Origin: Thermotogota bacterium
Lineage (GTDB): Bacteria; Thermotogota; Thermotogae; Petrotogales; Kosmotogaceae
Direction: 5' to 3'
DNA: 23,278 nt
Assembly: GCA_034660555.1 (NCBI GenBank)
Contig: JAYEJL010000051.1
Location: 1 to 23,278, forward strand
Shown here: one piece after another, positions 9,019 through 16,333 of the stretch
Numbering within the stretch: the stretch's first letter is position 1
How the letters are laid out: each line of letters opens with the position of its first letter
Notes under the pieces: generated by a model
Databases searched by the model: none
What the model was told of the DNA's origin: nothing
What the model saw: only the letters and a program-made list of their open reading frames with translations
Made by a program: the position numbers and the translations under genes

Positions 9019-9582
9019 CTATTTGAAATTACGTTCTATTATATCTTTCATTTCTTCCTTTAGACGCTCAACATTTTTCAAAAGGTTCCGAAAACCTAGA
9101 ATCGCCATTATAATAATGGCATACATTGCTCCATGCCCTATTATAAGAGTAATAAGTTCCTTAATTCCATACTGATAAAGAGCGGAAACAGAACTCAGTA
9201 TTGGAAAAACAGGGGCAATAAATATTGATATTATATAAAGCTTCCTTTGAAAAATTGCAGCTTTTCTTATTCTTCTTTCTGTTTCTAAAACCCAATTCTT
9301 TAGTTTACGGTATTTTTCATCATTAACGCGGTCTTTTTCTTGAAAAGAAAAACTAAATTCTTTTTCCAGCTCTTCGTAAACTGTGCCTCGACCTTCTATA
9401 AAATCAGAAATCAATTTTTTATGCTTTTCATTGAAACCTAACTTTCCAGTAGCCAGCAAATATGCGGGTATTATAGCCAGGGGAAATAATATTAAAAACC
9501 AATCAAAAAAATACGCAAACAAATTAACTGAATACTGAACCGATATTGCAGCAATATAATATATGAGAATTGACTTTTTCAT
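9019..9582 (-). CDS. Hypothetical integral membrane protein (about 4 TM, central and C-terminal charged helices)
   Basis: 187-aa ORF with two hydrophobic pairs. Sits 5 nt from the upstream gene with AAGGA before the ATG. No family recognised. Confidence 0.75.
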   Translation of the reverse strand: MKKSILIYYIAAISVQYSVNLFAYFFDWFLILFPLAIIPAYLLATGKLGFNEKHKKLISDFIEGRGTVYEELEKEFSFSFQEKDRVNDEKYRKLKNWVLETERRIRKAAIFQRKLYIISIFIAPVFPILSSVSALYQYGIKELITLIIGHGAMYAIIIMAILGFRNLLKNVERLKEEMKDIIERNFK

Positions 9583-9587
9583 TGATT

Positions 9588-10205
9588 CTATCCTTCGTTT
9601 TTCTTAGGCAATTTCTCCAGCATACTTTCAGAAGCTGAAATTTTTAGACTTGATTGTTTGATCTCCATTATCCAGTCAACAGGAATTACTTTTTCGGTTT
9701 TTTCACCCTTAGCAGTAATATTTATAACTATATGAGTTATGTGACCTGAGTCATCTAAAAGGACACTGCCAACCCTTCCAATTTCCTTTTCTTCAGCTGA
9801 AATTACAAACGCACCGGGTTCTACAGCTCTACTTCCTTCTTCGATGTTGTATTCTTTCACTAAAGGAGGAAGAGGGTAAAGTTCGGCATAATCTCCAACA
9901 GGTCTTAACCAGTAGATTGGCGTAGCGCCTTCTTCAGAACCCTCTCCTGTGACAAAATATGTCTCTTCAAAGTCCTGCAAATGCTGTACCTCTTCGGCAT
10001 TTACCTCAAGTCTTACCTCATCCGGAGCCGCAAAATATACACAATTGATGGGAGCCAATTTCGCCACTCTGTTGAAAAATCCTTTTTCTATAACTATATG
10101 AGTAACTTCGTTATTTGTCGGATGAACAACAATTCTTGTTAATTTTCCAAGATTTTTACCATCCGAAGATATTACCTTTGAACCCCATTTTAATCTATTT
10201 TTCAT
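9588..10205 (-). CDS. Tandem PRC-barrel domain protein
   Basis: Two repeats: GSKVISSDGKNLGKLTRIVVHP..VTHIVI and GAFVISAEEKEIGRVGSVLLD..ITHIVI..VIPVDWI. The start is placed at ATG 10205 behind the SD GGGGGTG (10217-10211), not at the track's 10238. Confidence 0.85.
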   Translation of the reverse strand: MKNRLKWGSKVISSDGKNLGKLTRIVVHPTNNEVTHIVIEKGFFNRVAKLAPINCVYFAAPDEVRLEVNAEEVQHLQDFEETYFVTGEGSEEGATPIYWLRPVGDYAELYPLPPLVKEYNIEEGSRAVEPGAFVISAEEKEIGRVGSVLLDDSGHITHIVINITAKGEKTEKVIPVDWIMEIKQSSLKISASESMLEKLPKKNEG

Positions 10206-10228
10206 TATTTCACCCCCTGACTTTTTAT

Positions 10229-10285
10229 ATTTTATCATTTAACACTTTAAAGTGCCTTATAGCGATAACTTGTTTTTTAGGTCAA
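10229..10285 (-). promoter_or_regulatory. Putative sigma70-type promoter(s) for the PRC-barrel/ABC/partner-switching operon, with a palindromic operator candidate
   Basis: TTGACC (10285-10280), 18 nt, TATAAG (10261-10256). Alternative extended -10 TGaTAAAAT (10237-10229). Perfect palindrome CACTTTAAAGTG at 10243-10254. Confidence 0.5.
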
Positions 10286-10301
10286 TAAATCATCTAATAT
10301 T

Positions 10302-13067
10302 TCACTTACTGGCCAATAATCCAAAAATCGTATGACAACTTTTTCCTGTTCTTTTTACCACTTTCCATTCTAAAAAAGGACTTTTATTAAAAAGTTTCAC
10401 TATCTCAAAAGCCCATATTATTATTGAACTAACCGCGAAAGCAATTAACAAATCTATAAAAGCAAGAGGAACAGTACCAAAGGTTTGCTGCAAAAATGGC
10501 ACATAGATAACTGATATCTGTAATAAAAAGCTTGCTAATAAAGCCCACATCATTGATGGATTTTTCCATGGTGGATCTTTAAAGATTGAAAGTTTTGTTC
10601 TTATTGACGGTGCGCAGAATAATTGAGAGAAAACCAGTGTAGTAAATATCATCGTTCTCCAGGCTTCATTGTTCAGCGACCAATAGACAATTCCTACTGT
10701 TAATGAAACTCCCGCTAATAGTGCCCCGATGAGTGCCACTGTCCAACCACCTTTTCCAAGCACCGATTTGCTTACCGGATTGGGTGGACGGTTCATAACA
10801 TCTTCCTCAGGAGGTTCTACAGAAAGTGCCAGGGCAGGCAATCCATCTGTTATTAAATTAACCCATAAAATTTGCAAAGGTAAGAGTGGTAATGTCAACC
10901 CCATGAATGGACCAATAAGCATTGTCCAGATCTCACCAAAGTTTGAACCCAGCATGTATCGAATAAACTTCTTGAGGTTATCAAACATCGTTCTTCCTTC
11001 TTTTATTGCATCTACAATCGTGCTGTAATCATCATCTAGAAGAACTATTTCTGATGCTTCTTTGGAAACATCTGTGCCATTTATTCCCATGGCTACGCCA
11101 ATATCCGCCTTTTTAAGAGCAGGGGAGTCATTTACACCATCTCCGGTCATTGCTATCGTTTGACCAATACTCTGTAAAATCGTTACAAGTCTCAATTTAT
11201 GATCGGGATTAACCCTTGCAAAAACCGAATGCGTTTTTACGATTTCCTTTAATTCTTCATCTGAAATATCATTTAACTCATCTCCTGAAATAACTTCATC
11301 TTCATTTTCAGCAATACCAACCTCTTTTGCAACACTAAAAGCTGTTAGCGGATGATCACCGGTGATCATAATTGATCTAACTCCAGCATTTTTTGCAACT
11401 TTTACTGATTCTTTGACATCATCTCTTGGTGGATCTATAAGACCAACCATTCCGAGAAAACAGAACCCTTTCTCTTCAATTCCTTCAGTTTCACTGAACT
11501 GATCCTTTTCTACATTCTTGAATGCTATTCCTAAAACTCTGTAGCCATCTCCAGCCATTTCCTTGTTTTGTTCACTGATTTTTTCCCTGTATTCTTCTGT
11601 TAAGGATTTTATTTCACCATCAATCGCTATTTCTGTACATGCTTCAAGGAGATTATCAACCGCGCCCTTTGCAAGTGCTACATAGTTTTTAACATCGAAT
11701 TTTTTTAAAACATTTTTTAGATCAGATCTTTTTTCATCAACACTGTTCTTAATCTCATGTACGGTGGTCATTCTTTTTCTATCAGAATCAAAAGGATTCT
11801 CAGCAACTCTTGGCAATATTCCCTCTAAATTATCTTTATCAAGTCTTACGATTTTTGCTGCTTCCAGTAACGCTCCTTCCGTAGGATCACCCAAAATTTC
11901 TGAGTCATCGGTAAAGGTTGAATTGTTACATAAGCCTCCGGTCAGTAAAATCATGGACAACAATCTAGAATCATCTTCAGAGAATTTATCGAAATTTATT
12001 TCTTCATCAATGTCAATATCGAATTCCTTGCTGTACGTTTTTACTAAAGTCAGTTGCATTCTGTTTTCTGTGATCGTTCCTGTTTTATCTGAACAAATTG
12101 TATTAACCGATCCGAGAGTTTCCACTGCATTTAAACGCCTTACAAGAGCATTTTTCTTCAGAATTCTGCGTGCTCCAAGAGCAAGTGCAATCGTTACGAC
12201 TGCAGGCATACTTTCTGGAACTGCTGCCACGGCAAGTGAAACACCTGCCAGAAACATTGTTTTTAAATCCTGACCCCTTAACAATCCCAAAATAAATACA
12301 ACCGCTGCAATTCCAAGAACAACAAAAACCAACCATTTCCCCAATTTTTCAAGTCGTTTTTGTAAAGGAGTGTCTTCTTTTTCGACTTCCTGGATCATCG
12401 TCGCGATCTTACCGATCTCTGTATTCATTCCTGTTTTTACAACTACTCCGACTCCACGTCCATAGGTTACAAAAGTTCCTGAGTAAGCCATATTTGTGTG
12501 ATCACCAAGAGAATCAATCTCCCTATCAATTTTCACTGAATTTTTGGTAACCGGTTCTGATTCTCCTGTCAAAGCGGATTCTTGAATTCTGAGTTTTGAG
12601 GTTTCTATTATTCTTACATCGGCTGTAACATGATTCCCTGCCTCTAGCTGGACAATATCTCCTGGAACTAGTTCTGTAGAATTTACTTTCTTAAATTTGC
12701 CATTTCGCTTTACAGTGACTTCTGGCACTGAGAGTTTCTTCAAAGCCTGCATTGCTTTTTCAGCACGATATTCCTGAAAAAAACCTAAAATTGTATTTAA
12801 AACTAGAATTACGGCAATAACAATTGTGTCGGTGATCTCTCCTAAAAAGGCCATAATAACTGCTGCCACAATCAGAACAACTATCATGATTGAAGCAAAC
12901 TGAGACCAAAATATTTTCCATGCACTTCTGCCACTCTGCTTTTTTATTCTGTTTTTTCCAAAATCCTTTAGTCTGCTTTTTGCTACTTCATCGCTCAGAC
13001 CTTTAGCTTTATCCGTTTCTAATTTTTCGAGTGCTTCTTCAATTGATTTCTTATACCAGTCAGTTAT
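10302..13067 (-). CDS. Cation-transporting P-type ATPase, type IIA (probable Ca2+-ATPase)
   Basis: Motifs TGES, VPESMP, phosphorylation site DKTGT, PFDSDRKRM, MITGDH and TGDGVNDSPALKKADIG. TM5 SNFGE and TM6 NLITD match SERCA-type ligands. The frame stays open 60 codons upstream of the track's ATG 12887 and encodes the N-terminal domain (WY..GLSDEVAKSRLKDFGKN). It begins at ATA 13067, 5 nt after the SD GAGGTG. Confidence 0.92.
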   Translation of the reverse strand: MTDWYKKSIEEALEKLETDKAKGLSDEVAKSRLKDFGKNRIKKQSGRSAWKIFWSQFASIMIVVLIVAAVIMAFLGEITDTIVIAVILVLNTILGFFQEYRAEKAMQALKKLSVPEVTVKRNGKFKKVNSTELVPGDIVQLEAGNHVTADVRIIETSKLRIQESALTGESEPVTKNSVKIDREIDSLGDHTNMAYSGTFVTYGRGVGVVVKTGMNTEIGKIATMIQEVEKEDTPLQKRLEKLGKWLVFVVLGIAAVVFILGLLRGQDLKTMFLAGVSLAVAAVPESMPAVVTIALALGARRILKKNALVRRLNAVETLGSVNTICSDKTGTITENRMQLTLVKTYSKEFDIDIDEEINFDKFSEDDSRLLSMILLTGGLCNNSTFTDDSEILGDPTEGALLEAAKIVRLDKDNLEGILPRVAENPFDSDRKRMTTVHEIKNSVDEKRSDLKNVLKKFDVKNYVALAKGAVDNLLEACTEIAIDGEIKSLTEEYREKISEQNKEMAGDGYRVLGIAFKNVEKDQFSETEGIEEKGFCFLGMVGLIDPPRDDVKESVKVAKNAGVRSIMITGDHPLTAFSVAKEVGIAENEDEVISGDELNDISDEELKEIVKTHSVFARVNPDHKLRLVTILQSIGQTIAMTGDGVNDSPALKKADIGVAMGINGTDVSKEASEIVLLDDDYSTIVDAIKEGRTMFDNLKKFIRYMLGSNFGEIWTMLIGPFMGLTLPLLPLQILWVNLITDGLPALALSVEPPEEDVMNRPPNPVSKSVLGKGGWTVALIGALLAGVSLTVGIVYWSLNNEAWRTMIFTTLVFSQLFCAPSIRTKLSIFKDPPWKNPSMMWALLASFLLQISVIYVPFLQQTFGTVPLAFIDLLIAFAVSSIIIWAFEIVKLFNKSPFLEWKVVKRTGKSCHTIFGLLASK

Positions 13068-13112
13068 AACTTCACCTCAACTAATTATTTAAGAGTTATC
13101 TAGTCTTAGTAT

Positions 13113-13191
13113 ATTTTAACAGCTTATCTTCTCTATTTTATAGGCATTAATAGAACAAGTTAAACCCTTTAAGCATGATTGATGATAAAAT
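13113..13191. promoter_or_regulatory. Back-to-back divergent promoters (extended -10 type) for the P-type ATPase gene and addBA
   Basis: Minus-strand TGtTAAAAT at 13121-13113 and plus-strand TGaTAAAAT at 13183-13191, in a 167-bp AT-rich intergenic region. No convincing -35 boxes. Confidence 0.45.
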
Positions 13192-13234
13192 TAACATGTA
13201 ATGATATTTATTTTAAATAATCGAGGTAATTTAT

Positions 13235-16200
13235 ATGAAAGTTACCCTTATAAGCGGTCCTTCCAGTTCAGGTAAAACTTCTCTTGTCCTTGATGAAATG
13301 AAGAAACGTCATCAAAAGGATCCCTTTTCATACCTTTTTGTGGGTCCCTCTGGTTTATACATCAGAAAAATTCGAGAAAGATTTCTCAAAATAACTGGAG
13401 GCTTTTCTGCGACTAACTTTAAGCCAATAGATCATTTTGCTGTCGATATCATGAGGATGCTTAGACCTGACTGGCTTCACATTCACAGCCATGTAATGAG
13501 AATGATCATACGAGAAATTCTTGAAAAACACGATGTTGAAAAATATAGAGAATTGTCCGATTCTCATGTATTTATTGACTACATCCAGGAAATGATCCAC
13601 GACGTTAAAGAAAATGCGGGATTCGAAGGACTTTTCGCAGAAAATGATGAGGTTGCTGATTTCTTGAAGGATGTTTATATTGATGTTTCTTATAGCCTCT
13701 CAAGAAAAAAAGTGTATGACAGTTTTGATGCTTATCTGGCTGCAAAGAATTATGTTAACGAAATTAATTTTGGAGAATTCGGCAAATTCTTGATACTAGA
13801 TGGGTTTCATGATTTTTCACCCGCTGCGTCAGTCTTTCTGAGCAATATTTGTAGATCCTTTGAAGAAATTTACATTACATTTCCTGATGATAAGCATAGA
13901 GAAGAAATCTTCCGACAGAATGAAACCATAAAAGAGCTGGTCGATACTCTAAAAAAGGAGACCGATCTAGAAGGAAATCAGTGTACTATAGAACGTGTTT
14001 TTTTGAAAAATGCATCCTATCCTGAAAAGCTTGAGCCATTTTTAAATAATGTATTCTCTGAAAAAAAGAGTGGTAACAAAGAGCGAAATAATGTGAGAGT
14101 TTTTAGTTGCCATGATATGTTTAAAGAGATTGAAAAGGTTACACGGGAAGTGAAAAAGCTGATCACTAAAGATGGATATCAGCCCGATGAAATATCTATT
14201 GTAACTGGAGACTTTTCACTCTACTATCAGCAAATTTCAAAATCATTTGATGATTATGGAATACCATACAGGGTTGAAGGCGATTTACCTATTCTTGAGT
14301 CGAAGGCAATACGAACACTTCTACTACCTTTAGAAACCGCCGCAACAGGTTTTGACCCCGAGAAAATAATCGCAATGGCAGATGTAGGATATGCTGGAAA
14401 GGAAATTGATAATAAATTCTTCGAATCGATAACCGTCAATTCAAGAATGCTTTACGACTACCCAAGATCAACTTTGAAAAAGCGAAGGACATCACTATTA
14501 AACAAACTGGATAGGTATAAAGATCTTTTAATAAAAAAAAGGAAAGCAATCGAATCCCACTCAGAAGAAGAATTTGTCGAACAAGAGTGCAACATTATTG
14601 ACGAAGAACTTAAAAGGATTGACAGTGAATTCAAACCTTTACTGGACAGAATATTTCAGATTTTGGAACCCTTTGAATCCTTAAAAAAACGTGATTGCAG
14701 GGTTTATCGAAAATATTTCGAAAATTGGGAACATTTATTGGAAATTAAGAACAATCTTGAAATGTTCGAAGAAGAGAACGATGTACTTGCGCTTAATCGT
14801 TTTTTTGAATTAATAATACCTGACTTTGAACGATTATTGATTTTTTTAGGTAAAAATAAACTATCTCCAAACAACTATTATTCATATCTTTCACATATTC
14901 TAAAAAACGAACACTATCAAACATCAAAAAAACTTGCTAACCGGGTTGAAATTCATTCGCTCATTAATGCCAGGCATTCAAAAAAGAAAGTAAAATTCTT
15001 TTTGGGATTTAAAGAAACAGATTACCCTAATGTTAGAATTAATCCTCTATACAGTTTCACTCAGTTCAGTATGCACCCTCCGAGAGATCTGCTTTTAACC
15101 CAGGAAAAACAACAAAAACTCAATCTTTACCTTGCTATCACAAGAACAGAAGATCATTTATATTTTAGTTACCCCATGAGTACCATTGAAGGTGAGCCTA
15201 TCTTACCCTCACCTTACCTGGATGAGATTCTTGAAGCATCAAAAGCAAAAGTCGAAACTGTGGGCGATTCAGAAGGGAAACGAGAGATATTCCAAACCAA
15301 CCTATCCTCCTGCATGAGTATTAAAGAACTGAAACTGACTGCAGGAAGCTACTTCAAAACACCTTACTGGGAAGATGTTAAGAATATGCTTGACAAAGCT
15401 GGAGATTACGTTGATATTGTGTCACTTGAGAACAAATTCAGGTATTTAAATAGATATTTTAGCTGGAACTTAGAAAATAATATATGTCTGAAGTCAGTTA
15501 TTGGAAAGAATTTTAGTTTTTCACGATTATCAATGTATAATAAATGTCCCTTCAGATTTTTTCTAAATTATGTACTGAACCTTACAGAAAAACAGGAAGT
15601 ACTCTTCGAACTTAATCCATTGCAAGAAGGAAGCATACTTCATGGCGTTTTGAAGGATTTTTTCTCGAAGAGTTTTTCCGATTGGGAAGCATCTCTTGGA
15701 AACCACATCAAGAAATTCCTGATGTTCGACAGCAAGGTAATAAGGCAATTTGAATTTAAAAGGCTGAAAAAAATCATAGAAGAATACATTTATATTAGGG
15801 AAGCAAAAGCCCCGGGGATCGAAGGAGAGTTTAGACCACATTACTTTGAGGTGTCTTTTGGGTTTGGTAATAACGAACCTGTTGAGATAATCGACGGAAT
15901 AGGCATGCGAGGAAAAATCGATAGGCTGGATCTGGATAAATCCACAGGGGGACTTCTCTTAATAGATTATAAAAGAGGTTCTTCAGGCAAAAAAGAGCAA
16001 CTCATGCTATATTCACTGGCAGCAGAGCATTTGTTTGAAGATAAAGGATATTACATTTCTGGAGGTACATTTAAACCTTTAACAGGGAAAACTATTAACA
16101 GTTGTGTCTTTACTTTGCACAGAAACAGCAACATGGAATGGAACTTTAAAAGATCATCTACACTCGATGAGAAATATATATTGAACTGGTTTTCAGATAT

Positions 16201-16333
16201 AACATCATCTATATACAGCGGTCATTTTACTCCTGCTATGCTCACAAATCCATCTCAATGTTATAAATGTCCTTATTCAGAGTCCCGCTTTTGCAGTGCT
16301 TTGATGTGGAGAGGAGAAAAAAATGATGTCTGA
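13235..16333 (+). CDS. addB: ATP-dependent helicase/nuclease subunit B (AddB/RexB-like, PD-(D/E)XK nuclease with Fe-S staple)
   Basis: N-terminal Walker-A-like GPSSSGKT and degenerate helicase motif LILDGFHDFSP. C-terminal nuclease with FSRLSMYNKCPFRFF, GSILH, FEVSF, RGKIDRLD, LIDYK, QLMLY and CYKC..C. SD GAGGT at 13223-13227. Overlaps the addA start. Confidence 0.85.
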   Translation: MKVTLISGPSSSGKTSLVLDEMKKRHQKDPFSYLFVGPSGLYIRKIRERFLKITGGFSATNFKPIDHFAVDIMRMLRPDWLHIHSHVMRMIIREILEKHDVEKYRELSDSHVFIDYIQEMIHDVKENAGFEGLFAENDEVADFLKDVYIDVSYSLSRKKVYDSFDAYLAAKNYVNEINFGEFGKFLILDGFHDFSPAASVFLSNICRSFEEIYITFPDDKHREEIFRQNETIKELVDTLKKETDLEGNQCTIERVFLKNASYPEKLEPFLNNVFSEKKSGNKERNNVRVFSCHDMFKEIEKVTREVKKLITKDGYQPDEISIVTGDFSLYYQQISKSFDDYGIPYRVEGDLPILESKAIRTLLLPLETAATGFDPEKIIAMADVGYAGKEIDNKFFESITVNSRMLYDYPRSTLKKRRTSLLNKLDRYKDLLIKKRKAIESHSEEEFVEQECNIIDEELKRIDSEFKPLLDRIFQILEPFESLKKRDCRVYRKYFENWEHLLEIKNNLEMFEEENDVLALNRFFELIIPDFERLLIFLGKNKLSPNNYYSYLSHILKNEHYQTSKKLANRVEIHSLINARHSKKKVKFFLGFKETDYPNVRINPLYSFTQFSMHPPRDLLLTQEKQQKLNLYLAITRTEDHLYFSYPMSTIEGEPILPSPYLDEILEASKAKVETVGDSEGKREIFQTNLSSCMSIKELKLTAGSYFKTPYWEDVKNMLDKAGDYVDIVSLENKFRYLNRYFSWNLENNICLKSVIGKNFSFSRLSMYNKCPFRFFLNYVLNLTEKQEVLFELNPLQEGSILHGVLKDFFSKSFSDWEASLGNHIKKFLMFDSKVIRQFEFKRLKKIIEEYIYIREAKAPGIEGEFRPHYFEVSFGFGNNEPVEIIDGIGMRGKIDRLDLDKSTGGLLLIDYKRGSSGKKEQLMLYSLAAEHLFEDKGYYISGGTFKPLTGKTINSCVFTLHRNSNMEWNFKRSSTLDEKYILNWFSDITSSIYSGHFTPAMLTNPSQCYKCPYSESRFCSALMWRGEKNDV

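Noticed and set aside
10206..10238. ORF-track start at 10238 for the PRC-barrel gene
   Set aside because: The extension spans the SD and a promoter-like element, so ATG 10205 is better placed.
3670..12336. ORFs such as 3670..3957, 5392..5694, 7624..8094, 10729..11028, 11764..12273 and 12103..12336
   Set aside because: All are nested in or antisense to confident CDSs. Most have the Ser/Ile/Phe-rich composition typical of antisense frames.
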